In this document: piece by piece, positions 9,382 through 20,468 of the stretch
Layout of the letters: each line of letters starts with the position of its first letter
How positions within the stretch are numbered: the stretch's first letter is position 1
From: Vulcanimicrobiota bacterium
GTDB lineage: Bacteria; Vulcanimicrobiota; Vulcanimicrobiia; Vulcanimicrobiales; Vulcanimicrobiaceae
DNA: 64,000 bases
Direction of reading: 5' to 3'
NCBI GenBank assembly: GCA_963714015.1
Contig: OY970223.1
Coordinates: forward strand, 2,528,001 to 2,592,000
Made by a program: the position numbers and the translations under genes
Notes under the pieces: model-generated
What the model was told of the DNA's origin: nothing
Seen by the model: the letters and a program-made list of their open reading frames with translations, nothing else
The model's database searches: none

Positions 9382-12269
9382 CTCAGAAGCGTTTGCGTCG
9401 CTCTTCCGGCACTCGCCGGCCGGAATCGCCGCGCTCGACATGCGCGGCGCATTCGTGGCGTGCAACGCGGCATTCACTCGAATAACCGGCTTCGTCGCGG
9501 ATCGCGTTATCGGACGCACTCCGGCGGAATTGGACCGCATCGCGCTGCGCTCGTTCGTCGAAGAAGCGCTCGTCGCGGCGCAAAGCGGCGATTCGCTGAA
9601 GCAGGATATCGAGTTCCTTCGCTTGGACGGCGCTGCGGTTTGGTGCGAGGTCACGAGTATCCCGGTCGGCGGAAGCACCGGCGTCCATCTTTTCGTCATT
9701 TTTCAGGACATCACGTGGCGCAGTTCGGGAACGGCGCCCAATGCCGCGGCGGAGATAGGTCAGCTCCGCGCCAACTTCCGTTTGATGTTCGAGCACAATC
9801 CCTCGGTCGTGCTCGCAATCGACTTGGACAACCGGATCATGGACGTCAACCCCGCCGGCGTTCGCATCAGCGGATACCGGCGCGAGGAGATCGTCGGGCA
9901 GAACGTCGCTTCGTTCGTTCCCCCGAGCCAGCGTGACCGTCTGCGCATGCTGCTCAAACAAGCGTCGAGCGGTGAAACGGTCAGTTTTCCAATCGACGCC
10001 TATGCCGCGGACGGCCGGCTCATTCAATATGAGGCTACGGCGCTGCCGACGATCTCACAGAATCGAGTCGTCGGGATCTACGGTTTGCTTGAAAACGTCA
10101 CGGAACGAATGCGCGCGGAACGGACGGTGGCCGCTCAGCGCGAAGAGCTGCATGGATCTGGAAAGCGACTTTCGATCGCTCTTCGAGAACAATCCGGACG
10201 GCGTCTTTCTGCTCTCCACGGATGGGGCGATATTGGACCTCAACGGCACTGCGTGCCGGATCAGCGGGTCGTCGCGCGAAGAGCTCATCGCCCGGAACTT
10301 CCGGTCCTACCTGGAAGGCGAAGCGCTCGACCGCGCATGGAACTTCTTCACGCGCGCAGTCAACGGCGAACCATTGCGGTACGAGCTCGAAACGAAGAAC
10401 ACGGACGCGAGCGAACTCGTCTTGGACGTCACGCTCTTCCCGAAGTACGCGCAAGGCCTCGTCGTGGCGGTCTACTGCGTCATGCAGGACATTACCGAGC
10501 GGCGGCAGGCTCAGCGAAAACTCGAACATCAAGCGGCGCGCGTACGCGATCTTTATCATCTGGCGATCGCCCCCGAGCACGGCGAGACGCAAGTCATGTC
10601 CACGCTGCAGACCTGCGCCAGACTTCTGGGAATGGACGGCGGCGCGATCGTCGATCTGACGGGTGAGCCGAAAATCGAGATACGTTACGATGAAACAGCT
10701 GACCCTGCGTTCGACGAGGCGGCAATCCTCACGCTGGCCAAGCGGATTTCAGATCGCAACGACGCTGCTTCAGCCGGCGCGGGCGATCCGCGCGACCGCT
10801 CGCGCGGATCTTGGGTCGGTGCGCGTGTCATGGTCGCCGGAAAACCGCAGGGCGTGCTGCTTTTTTACTCCGGAATCAGCCGCGCCGCGTTCGAGGAGAT
10901 CGATCTCGACACCATTGCGCTGATGTCGGCGCTCGTGGGCAGTGCTCTGGAACGCCGGCGCACGCGCGGAGATCTTCGCGCGCTGGCATACTTCGACTCG
11001 CTCACGGGATTGCCGAACCGAGCCTTCTTTCAGGAGCGCCTGCGCGACTCGCTGCTCGATATTCGCGGCCGCGCGGAACCCGTCGCCGTGATGTACTTCG
11101 ATCTGGACCGCTTCAAGGACATCAACGATGCGCTCGGTCACGCAATGGGCGATCGCTTTTTGCAGCTCGTGGCCCGGCGCCTCTCCGATGCAATCGGCAA
11201 GACCGGTCTCGTGGCGCGCATGGGCGGCGACGAATTCGCCGTGCTGCTTCCGAATTGCGCGAACGTGGAGCAAATCCAGCGCCTGGCCGAGAGTTTGCTC
11301 AAGACGATCGAAGAGCCGTACCAGCTGGACGAGTTCGAACAGTTCGTCACGACCAGTATCGGCGTCTCCATATACCCTGTCGATGGCCGCGACGATCAGA
11401 CGATGATCAAGAACGCCGACATCGCCATGTACGAGGTGAAGGATCATGGCGGCAACGGCTACCTGTTCTATCACGAATCTCTCGAAGCGCCGATACACAC
11501 GCGGCTCGCGCAAGAGAAGATTCTGCGTCGCGCGATCGAAAGCGAACAGTTCGTGCTGCACTATCAGCCGATCGTCGACGTCGTAACGGAACGTCTGGTC
11601 GGCGTCGAGGCGCTCGTGCGCTGGAACGATCCGCAGCGCGGTCTCATCTATCCGGATCAGTTCATTCCGACCGCCGAAGCCAGCGGGCTGATCGTTCGTC
11701 TGGGTGAATGGATCTTCGAAACGGCGGCGCGGCAATTGCGCGAGTGGAACGCGCGGTACGGCGATCTGTACCTGGCGGTGAACGTTTCCGCGCGGCAGTT
11801 TCATCAGCCGAACCTCTGCCAGCGCCTGGCCGAAATCCTCGATTCGATTGGCTTGGCTTCTCACTGGATCGAGATCGAGATCACGGAGAGCATGGTCATC
11901 GCCGACATCGGCCACGCAGTCGATACGGTGCACCGCCTCAAGAACATGGGCGCCCACATCGGCGTGGACGACTTCGGCACGGGGCATTCCTCGCTGAACT
12001 ACCTGCGCCGCTTCGAAATCGACCACGTGAAGATCGACCGGTCTTTCATCGCCGGCATTGGAAGCGAACGCAGCGACGAAGGCATCGTGAAAGCCATCAT
12101 TTCGATGGCGAGCAGTCTTGGACTGCAGACTGTTGCCGAAGGCGTGGAGACACGCGACCAGCTGGAGTTTCTGCGCGTGCACGGCTGCAATCGCGCTCAA
12201 GGGTACCTCTTTTCGAGGCCGCTCGACGCCGCGTCGTTCGAAGCGCGAATTGCCGAACTGCTCGCGTAG
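9362..12269 (+). CDS. Multi-PAS + GAF-like + GGDEF + EAL diguanylate cyclase/phosphodiesterase (frameshift near 10152)
   Basis: PAS repeats across ORFs 9188..10666 and 9933..12269; 'GGDEF', 'EAL' and 'DDFGTGHSSL' motifs. Confidence 0.9.
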
Positions 12270-12314
12270 CGCGGCTGCATAGGAACCCGAACCGAGACTC
12301 GGTAAGCATTCGGA

Positions 12315-13578
12315 ATGAATACGCTTGCAGCGGAGCTGGACCGGGCCTCCCTTGCGGATTGGTACCGTCGCAACCGGGAGCGTTCCGCCTTTCTATTCGG
12401 GCTCGTCGATCCGAGCGCTTACTACAGCCGCCCAATTGCTTTGCGCCACCCGTTCGCATTTTACGAAGGGCACCTTCCCGCATTCAGTTACCTGACGCTC
12501 AACGAACGTTCGCTCGGCGAAGCGCCCATCGATGCTACGCTCGAGAAGCTCTTCGAGCGGGGAATCGATCCGTCGAGCGTTCAGGCGGCACAGCGCCACG
12601 AGCGCGGGGATTGGCCGTCGCGGGCGCACATTCTGGAATTCGGTGCGCGCTGTGACGAACGCGTGTATGCAGCGCTCGCGCGGCAGTAAGCTCGTCGAGG
12701 ATGGGAATCCGCGGTTGGTGCGCGGTCAGGCGGTCTTCACGGTGCTCGAACACGAACCGATGCATCACGAAACGCTGACGTACATCCTCAACCGGCTATC
12801 ACCGGAGTTAAAGGTTCACATACCGCAACGTCACCGCGATACGAAGCCGCCGCAGAATACCTTCGCCGACGTCCCCGGCGGGATCGCGACATTGGGAGCA
12901 GATCGGGACCGGATTCCGTTCGGCTGGGATAATGAGTTCCAAGGGCATGACGAGCACGTCCCCGCGTTCTCCGTGCAGCGATATGCGGTAACGAACGGCG
13001 AGTATTTGCGTTTCGTGCGCGACGGGGGCACCGTCCCGCCATTTTGGACGGAACGCAACGGCGAATTCAAGCTGCTCGGCGCGTTCGAAGAACTTCCGTT
13101 GCCGCTTTCGTGGCCGGTATACGCGACGAACGAGCAAGCCCGGGCGTACGCAAAATGGAACGGATCGCGGCTGATGACGGAACCGGAGTATCATCGCGCC
13201 GCCTATGCTTCGCCCGCTGCGACCACGCGACGCTTCCCTTGGGGAGAAGCGCAGGCGGACGCAACTCGCGGAAACTTTGATTTTGCGCGCTTCGATCCGG
13301 AGCCGGTAGACGCGCATCCCGCGGGCGCCAGCGCCTGGGGCATCGAGCAGCTGGTGGGCAACGGCTGGGAGTGGACGCAGACGCCGTTCCAACCATTCCC
13401 CGGCTTTGAACCCATGGCGAGCTACGCGCAGTATAGCGCCGACTTTTTCGACGGCAAGCATTTTGTCATGAAGGGCGCCTCACCGGTAACGGCGCGCGAA
13501 TTGCTCCGGCCTTCATTCCGGAATTGGTTCTACACGGACTACCCGTACATGTACGCGAAATTCCGCTGCGTGCGCTAG
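12315..13578 (+). CDS. egtB: EgtB/OvoA-family iron-dependent sulfoxide synthase (DinB_2 + FGE-sulfatase); frameshift near 12685
   Basis: 'RHPFAFYEGH', 'FERGIDP', metal-binding 'HEPMHHET', 'FGWDNE', 'GNGWEWT', 'RPSFRNWF'. Confidence 0.75.
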
Positions 13579-13642
13579 AGGGCAGAGCAGGCAGGGCTGT
13601 CCGGCCGGCGTGCCGCAGAACCAGCGTCGCAAGGAGAAAGAC

Positions 13643-15094
13643 GTGAGCACTACCCTGACTGCCAAAAAGACGCCAATCACCGTCGCGTACGGCGACGGAA
13701 TCGGACCTGAGATTATGGACGCGACGCTGCGCATGATCAACGCCGCGGGCGCGCAGCTCGAAATCGAAAATATCGAGATCGGCGAAAGCGTTTATAATCG
13801 CGGACTTTCGAACGGCATCGAAGACACGTCGTGGGAATCCCTGCGAAGGACGAAAGTCTTTCTGAAAGCGCCGATCACCACACCCCAGGGCGGCGGCTTC
13901 AAATCGCTCAACGTCACGGTGCGCAAGACCCTGGGAATGTATGCCAACGTGCGTCCGTGCGCGTCGCTGCATCCCTTTATCGCAACGAAACACCCGCATA
14001 TGAACTTGGTCATCGTTCGCGAAAACGAAGAGGACGTGTACGGCGGCATCGAGCACCGCCAGACGAATCAGGTCACGCAGTGTCTGAAGCTGATCTCGCG
14101 TCCCGGCAGCGAGCGCATCGTACGCTACGCCTTCGAGTACGCTCGCGCCAACAAGCGCAAGAAAGTGACCTGCTTCACCAAAGACAACATCATGAAGATC
14201 ACGGACGGATTATTCCATAAGGTCTTCGACGAGATCGCCGCCGAGTATCCGGACGTCGAGAACGAGCATTGGATCGTCGATATCGGGGCCGCCAAAATGG
14301 CGGATACGCCCGAAGCCTTCGACGTGCTGGTAATGCCCAATCTTTACGGTGACGTGCTCTCGGACGTGGCGGCGCAGATTACCGGATCCGTCGGCTTGGC
14401 CGGTTCGGCCAATATCGGCGATCACTGCTCGATGTTCGAAGCAATTCACGGTTCCGCGCCTAGGCGCGCGGGACAGAACCTTGCGAATCCTTCCGGACTG
14501 ATGCATGGCGCGCTGCTCATGCTCGTGCATATCGGCCAAGGCGAAATCGCCGAGAAAGTGCACAACGCGTGGTTGCGCACCATCGAGGACGGCGTGCACA
14601 CGTACGACATTTATAAGGAAGGCATCAGCCGCCACAAAGTCGGCACGCGAGAATTTGCGGACGCCGTTATTGCGCGCCTGGGCGAAAAGCCGCAGCAGCT
14701 CGAGCCGGTGGAGTACGCTAAAGGCGTGCAGATGGACATCGCTGCGCGCGCCGAAGGTACGCGCGCGGCGAAAGAGCGCGTAGGCGTAGACGTCTTCATC
14801 GACAAGGCCGGCGGCGATCCCGATCGCCTGGCTGAACAGCTCGCCGCGGCAGCAGTTGACGGCGCGAAGCTGACGGTAATAAGCAATCGAGGAACCAAGG
14901 TGTGGCCCAACGGAAATCCCGACACGTTCTGGAGCGATCACTGGTGCTGCCGTTTCGAGGGTAAGCCGTTCACGGCAGATCACGTCGCGCGTTTGATTCA
15001 ATCGGTCGGCGCGGCCGGTTTCGACGTCGTCAAGACTGAGGGTCTCTACACGTTCGACGGCGCCCGCGGATACTCGTTAGCGCAAGGTCAGTAA
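13643..15094 (+). CDS. icd: NADP-dependent isocitrate dehydrogenase
   Basis: 'GDGIGPEI', 'LKAPITTP', 'SLNVTVRK', 'NLYGDVLSD', 'FEAIHGSAP'; GTG start at 13643 behind an AGGAG RBS. Confidence 0.95.
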   Translation: MSTTLTAKKTPITVAYGDGIGPEIMDATLRMINAAGAQLEIENIEIGESVYNRGLSNGIEDTSWESLRRTKVFLKAPITTPQGGGFKSLNVTVRKTLGMYANVRPCASLHPFIATKHPHMNLVIVRENEEDVYGGIEHRQTNQVTQCLKLISRPGSERIVRYAFEYARANKRKKVTCFTKDNIMKITDGLFHKVFDEIAAEYPDVENEHWIVDIGAAKMADTPEAFDVLVMPNLYGDVLSDVAAQITGSVGLAGSANIGDHCSMFEAIHGSAPRRAGQNLANPSGLMHGALLMLVHIGQGEIAEKVHNAWLRTIEDGVHTYDIYKEGISRHKVGTREFADAVIARLGEKPQQLEPVEYAKGVQMDIAARAEGTRAAKERVGVDVFIDKAGGDPDRLAEQLAAAAVDGAKLTVISNRGTKVWPNGNPDTFWSDHWCCRFEGKPFTADHVARLIQSVGAAGFDVVKTEGLYTFDGARGYSLAQGQ

Positions 15095-15095
15095 C

Positions 15096-15833
15096 ATGCT
15101 GGGGCTTACGCCCGTCGACGTACTACAGCGCGCCGAAGACGTTTGGCACGCCCAGAGCCTTCCGCCGTTCGTCGAGTTCACGAGCCGGGTTCAAGGTCAG
15201 AGCGATCCGGTCGTCGTGATCGTTCGAACCGAAGATGGGGCCATCTATACGCAGAGCCTTCCTTCTTCACCGGCTCAAGGTGCCAAGGCGGTCGCCGGAT
15301 CGCATTTGACGGGCCCGGATGGTTCGCCGCTAGGATTCTGTTTCAGCAACGCTCATTGCAGCGGCGTGCTGCAGGCAGATCCGTTCTCAACTCCGCCTCC
15401 CTCGCCGACGAACGCCAAGACGATTGCAACCGTGCATGCCTACGCCGACGCGTATTCGGTTACGTTCGGGCCCAAGAAAAAATTCAAAGGGCACAAAGTT
15501 TACGACCTCGCGATGCAGCCCCGCCACGATCCGGGCCGCTATCAGCTGCGCGAGATGCTCGTCGACGCAAACGACTATCGCGTCTGGGAACTCACGTACG
15601 AGTCCGTTCCATCTCGTCCCGGGCTCCTGTTGCGCTACGATTTCGGACCGGTGAAGGACACGTGGTACCTGCAGTACATTTGCGTTTACCTGCCGAGCCG
15701 ATTCAAAGGCGACCCCGGCGGGTGCACGCTGGAGTCGACGGGTTTGTGGAACTTCTCGTTTCCCAAACTCGTTCCGGATTTCTATTTCGACTCGAACCTT
15801 TTCACGCCGACGCCCACGCCGCCCAATTACTGA
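15096..15833 (+). CDS. Hypothetical protein
   Basis: 245 aa ORF starting 1 bp after the icd stop. Confidence 0.6.
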   Translation: MLGLTPVDVLQRAEDVWHAQSLPPFVEFTSRVQGQSDPVVVIVRTEDGAIYTQSLPSSPAQGAKAVAGSHLTGPDGSPLGFCFSNAHCSGVLQADPFSTPPPSPTNAKTIATVHAYADAYSVTFGPKKKFKGHKVYDLAMQPRHDPGRYQLREMLVDANDYRVWELTYESVPSRPGLLLRYDFGPVKDTWYLQYICVYLPSRFKGDPGGCTLESTGLWNFSFPKLVPDFYFDSNLFTPTPTPPNY

Positions 15834-15917
15834 ACCGTGCGCATCGTAAGCCTGCTGCCGAGCGCGACCGAAAGCCATCACGCCTAACGTCGCGTAACTC
15901 CGCTAATCTCCAGGATT

Positions 15918-16934
15918 TCACTTGACCGGCGCAACGGAAATGATGCCGTGCACGGCGTCGTAGGTTACGACGCGATCGAAGAATGCCCGAATTCCGGTAT
16001 TCGTCAGCGGACGGCTGACCGTCGTTTCTATCTTGATTTTATCGCCGTATGACATTCCGGCCGTAATCGACGTTGCCGGCGCGGTAGCCCCAGATGGAGC
16101 AAAGCCTATGCGCGTCGCGGGACTTACTGTACCATCACGCTGCGGAATCGAACCGGTGTCCGAGTCTCGTATCCACGCCACGCCGTTTCCGGTATCGAAA
16201 GAGATTCCTAAACATGTGGCGGTGGGTACGTCGTTCACGAAGATACAAGCTCGCCCATTCTGCCATCTCGCGCCGTTGCCGTTCGCGGCCGTCAGCGGAA
16301 ACCGAACCGCGCCGGACGATGCCGGATCGCCCAAAGCTAAGTCTCCACCCGCCGGGGTAAGTCGAATGCTGTACACCGAACCATACGGCGACGGTAATGC
16401 CAGTATTGGATTGATAACGGGCATCGCGCCGGTAATCCCCGCGCCGAATATGCCATACACGCCGCCGTGCGCTTGAGGACTTTCGAGGCTCGGAATTTTA
16501 CATTGCGGGTAATTTGCCGCACACTTCGCGGAAGTGAGATACGCAATGGGAACCGCAGGTGTCGTCAAACCGCCGAAATGCAGGGGCGCCGAACACATCA
16601 CGCCCGCATAGGTTACGCGGCCCGGATTGCCGACCGTGAAGGAAACCGGCTTTTCAGAGCATGACACGCCGCTGCCGCTTCGATCGAGTTTAGCGGCTGC
16701 AAATACGTGCAGCCCTTCGGACGCAGTGTCAAAGGTCATCGGCAGCGGCGGCAAACTCCCCATCCCGATATTGATATTTGCCTTATACGTGCCGAACCGG
16801 GCATTGCGCTCGACAACAAGCGGAATATGAATGACGTTACCTGAAGGAGCCGGTGACTGCGCATTCGCGCCTGCGCTCGCGGCTATGACCGCAATGAAAA
16901 CCGAAGATACCCGTAGCGCTGCCAAGCGATTCAT
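15918..16934 (-). CDS. Secreted pepsin-like (aspartic protease fold) protein
   Basis: Signal peptide; two D-T-G/A motifs, 'FDTAS' and 'FDTGN'; 'GIFGAG' and 'NTG' flanking motifs. Confidence 0.55.
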   Translation of the reverse strand: MNRLAALRVSSVFIAVIAASAGANAQSPAPSGNVIHIPLVVERNARFGTYKANINIGMGSLPPLPMTFDTASEGLHVFAAAKLDRSGSGVSCSEKPVSFTVGNPGRVTYAGVMCSAPLHFGGLTTPAVPIAYLTSAKCAANYPQCKIPSLESPQAHGGVYGIFGAGITGAMPVINPILALPSPYGSVYSIRLTPAGGDLALGDPASSGAVRFPLTAANGNGARWQNGRACIFVNDVPTATCLGISFDTGNGVAWIRDSDTGSIPQRDGTVSPATRIGFAPSGATAPATSITAGMSYGDKIKIETTVSRPLTNTGIRAFFDRVVTYDAVHGIISVAPVK

Positions 16935-17018
16935 CGCACCTCACTCCGTAGAGAATGCCGGTTACGCACCAGCATATCAGGCCCGATTCGACGGCTCAGG
17001 AGAATCGCATGAGAATCT

Positions 17019-17597
17019 TTACGGCGTCTCATTTAGCGCGATCAGGAGCGGTCCCGAGTCCTCTATGCGAACTCGTGTGATGCTCGCCGGCGTTAAGCGC
17101 ACCTTGAGCGTTTCCCGGAACGCCGGATCGCGATCGGCGAAAAGCAGGTGGAGCATTGCGTGAAGCGGACCTGCGTGCGTGACGACGAGCGCGCGTTCGC
17201 AGCTCCTGTGCCGCAAATCTTCAAGCGCCTTGCCGACTCGATCGCACACCGCAGAGAACGTTTCACCGCCGATGGGCTCGTATGCCGCTGCCGCGTGTTC
17301 GCGATTGCCTGACTGCGGCCAGCGCAGCACGATCTGATCCCAAGTCAGCCCTTCCCACAGGCCGAAGGAAAATTCGCGCCACCGCGGATCGACCTCGACG
17401 CGTCCTTCTCCGCAGATGGTGCGCGCCGTTTCCAGCGCGCGCGAAAGATCGCTGCTGACTGCGTAATCGAAGCTCTCCGCCTGCAGCGCGCCGGCCAAAG
17501 CTCGCGCTTGCGCGCGGCCTTCCGCATTCAGCGGAAGGTCGCTGTGGCCCTGAAAACGCCGTTCGCTATTCCAGTCCGTCGCGCCGTGACGAACCAA
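17019..17597 (-). CDS. Histidine phosphatase family protein
   Basis: 'RHGATDWN', 'SSDLSRALETA', 'VVTHAG'. Confidence 0.9.
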   Translation of the reverse strand: MVRHGATDWNSERRFQGHSDLPLNAEGRAQARALAGALQAESFDYAVSSDLSRALETARTICGEGRVEVDPRWREFSFGLWEGLTWDQIVLRWPQSGNREHAAAAYEPIGGETFSAVCDRVGKALEDLRHRSCERALVVTHAGPLHAMLHLLFADRDPAFRETLKVRLTPASITRVRIEDSGPLLIALNETP

Positions 17598-17618
17598 CGT
17601 GAGGAGAATCGGAGGGGA

Positions 17619-18179
17619 TTACGTTTGACCGTGCGTCGTGGTGTCGTGCTGCTCCAGCAGATCCACCATGTCGTTGGCATGCTCTTCTTCCACCGCCAGA
17701 ATCTGTTCGAGCATGCGGCGCGTCGTCGGATCGTTCTCGCCGAAAAAGCGCACCATCTCCCGGTAGGATTCGATAGCGACGCGTTCCGCGACGAGATTCT
17801 CCTTGATCATGTCGATCATGTCTTTGCCCTCGCGATACTCGGAGTGGCTGCGCGAGCTCAAACCGTCCGGGTTGAAATTCGGCTCGCCGCCGAGTTGCGT
17901 AATACGCTCGGCAATCATGTCGGCGTGTTCCTGCTCTTCGTTTGCGTGCTGGAGGAATTCCTCGGCAACGGACTCCTTGTAAATTCCGCGCGCCATGTAA
18001 AAATGACGCTTGTAGCGCAGCACGCAGACGATCTCCGTCGCTAAGGCTTGGTTGAGGACGTCGACGGCCCGGTTCACATCGCCCCGATAGTCGCTGGTTA
18101 CCGGCCCGCGCATCATGTTCTCACGCGCGCGACGGCGAAGTTCTTGAACGTCCGAAAGAAACGGCGTTGTACTAGTCAT
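17619..18179 (-). CDS. Bacterioferritin/ferritin-like protein
   Basis: 'LNQALATEIVCVLRY', 'EEQEHAD', 'ENLVAERVAIESY', 'EEEHA' diiron ligands; AGGAGG RBS. Confidence 0.9.
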   Translation of the reverse strand: MTSTTPFLSDVQELRRRARENMMRGPVTSDYRGDVNRAVDVLNQALATEIVCVLRYKRHFYMARGIYKESVAEEFLQHANEEQEHADMIAERITQLGGEPNFNPDGLSSRSHSEYREGKDMIDMIKENLVAERVAIESYREMVRFFGENDPTTRRMLEQILAVEEEHANDMVDLLEQHDTTTHGQT

Positions 18180-18198
18180 GTTAATCCTCCTATACCCA

Positions 18199-18830
18199 TT
18201 ACAGTGCCTGTCGCGTAAGGTCGGCCGCGAGCCCGGCGAGATGGCGGTCGACGCACTCGTGCAGCAGCGTCCACCGGCCGTCCTCGATCTCGAACTCGGC
18301 ATACGACGCATTGAGCGCCCGCACATGCCGCAGCTCGCTAATCGGGCGGCCGCTGCGGTCCAAAAGGGCGATTCGGACCACGACGTCATGCGTCATCACG
18401 AGCGTGTCGCCAGCCGGTTCGAAGGCTGCAGCAAACGCCTTCCAGCGCTCGAGTACGTCTTCCAAACTCTCGCCGCCGGCAAAGCGCACGCGTTCGGGAT
18501 GCTCGCGCCATTCATAGTACAGACTCGGGCTCCGTGCGCGCGATCTCTTCGCGATACCGGCCTTGCCACGTACCGTGGCCTATTTCGACCAGAAGAGGTT
18601 CGATTTCGATGCCTACTCCCGTTCGCGCGGACAACGGAAGGGCCGTCTGTACGCAGCGAGATAGCGGGCTCGAGATGATGCGGCCGACGCCCTTGTCCTG
18701 CAACGCAGCGCAAAGCGCTTGCGCCTGCGCTTGACCCAGCGGCGAAAGCGGAGTCTCCAGCCGGCCTTGGTATCGTCCGACCGCGTTCCACGTAGTCTCG
18801 CCGTGACGAGCTGATTCGAACGATCGGCAC
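18199..18830 (-). CDS. Histidine phosphatase, probable metal-independent phosphoserine phosphatase (two apparent frameshifts)
   Basis: Reconstructed 'ARHGETTWNAVGRYQG...SSPLSRC...EIGHGTWQG...GGES...VMTHD...NAS'; coupled to the serA stop. Confidence 0.75.
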
Positions 18831-20417
18831 TAGAACGCTGCGGCGTCCACGCGCCGCATGCCGCCGATTTCACGCACCCGCTGCAACTCTTCCGGCGTTA
18901 TGGGCCGATCGACGGCGAGCACCATGAGCGCTTCCGAAGATGCGGCATTTCGCGCAACTTGCATCGTCGAGATGTTCACGCCCGCGTCACCTAAGATCGT
19001 GCCGACGCGTCCGACCATGCCCGGAACGTCTTCGTGACGCGTCAGAATCCATGCGCCTTGCGGAATAGCGTCGAGCTCGTAGCCGTCGATGTCGACGACT
19101 CGTGGTCCGCCCGAAAGCACGGTCGCCGTGATTCTGCGATCGCCGGCGAGCACGGAAAGGAACGATGCAAAAACGGATGACTGCGGTTCCGGCACGAGTT
19201 CGACGCTCAATCCGACCTCGGTTGCAACCTTTAGCGCGTTGACGATTGAAACGCGTCGCTCGGTCGTCGTCTGCAGCAATGCGGCGAGGAACGCAGCTTG
19301 CACGGGCCGCGCATCCGCTGCCGCGAGTTCTCCGCCCAAATGCATGCGCAGACGTGAACGGAGCGCCTCTTCGAAAATCTGCGGAACCAGGCGTCCAAGA
19401 CGGTCCGCTACCTCCACGAAACTCTGAACTTTTTCGGCCTGCGCACCCGTCGGAGCCGGAGCATTCACGGCGCCGGCAGCCGGTTTTCCGTTCAGTGCAT
19501 CGGCGACGTCGCGCGCCAACTCCACTGCTATTCGCTCGAGAGCCTCGTGCGTCGAACCGCCGAGATGCGGCGTCGCCAAAACTCTGGGATGCCGCTGGAG
19601 CTGCTCGCTGGAAGAACCCGGCGTTGGAGGCTCCTGCGCGAGGACGTCGATCGCGGCCGCGGTAATCACACCGTTATCGAGTGCGGCGATGAGCGCCTGT
19701 TCGTCGATCGCGCCGCCTCTGGAGCAATTGACCAGCACGGCAGTCCGTTTCATGCGCTGCAGCCGGTGCCTGTCGATCATTGCGCGGGTATGCGCGTTGA
19801 GCGGCACGTGAAGCGTCACGACGTCCGCCGACCCAAGCAACTCGTCCAGACCCGCGGGTTCTACGCCAAGCGCTTCGGCCCGCGCTTGCGGCACGTACGG
19901 ATCGTGCGCGATGACGCGCATGCCGAATGCGCGCGCTCGAATCGCAACGGCGCCGCCGATGCGTCCAAGGCCGATGATTCCAAGTGTCTTGCCGTAAAGC
20001 TCGTTTCCGACGAACGGCGCGCGTTCCCATCGACCTTCCCGGATCGACGCGTTCGCTTGGGGAAGCCGGCGCATGACCCCCAGCAGCAGCGCGAACATTT
20101 GCTCCGTCGCTGCGATCGTGTTCGCCGCGGGCGTGTTGACCACGAGGATTCCGGCTTCGGTGGCGGCATCCACGTCGATGGCATCGACGCCCACGCCGGC
20201 ACGTCCGATCACGCGCACGTTCGGCGCTTGCGCCAATAGATCTCGATCGACGCGCGTTTCGGAACGAACGATGAGTCCATCCGCGTCGCGCAATGCAGCG
20301 TATCAGTTCTTCCCGCGGACTCCCAACGCACGAAACGACGTCGATCCCACGCTCTCGCAGTACGGAGCGGCCGCTCGCGGCAAACGGTTCCGCAATCACG
20401 ACTCTGGACGACGGCAT
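18830..20417 (-). CDS. serA: D-3-phosphoglycerate dehydrogenase (frameshift near 20295)
   Basis: 'IGRAGVGVDAID', 'GLGRIG', 'TPHLGGST', C-terminal ACT 'DVPGMVGRVGTILG'; N-terminus MPSSRVVIAEP lies in another frame. Confidence 0.93.
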
Positions 20418-20468
20418 AGCCGCGAGTTCCACCCAGGGCCGGTCGCCCCTTGCGTCGTAGGTCGAATC

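Noticed and set aside
2114..12200. Long antisense ORFs (2114..3361, 7735..9093, 10770..12200 and similar)
   Set aside because: Shadow ORFs opposite well-supported genes, typical of high-GC codon bias.
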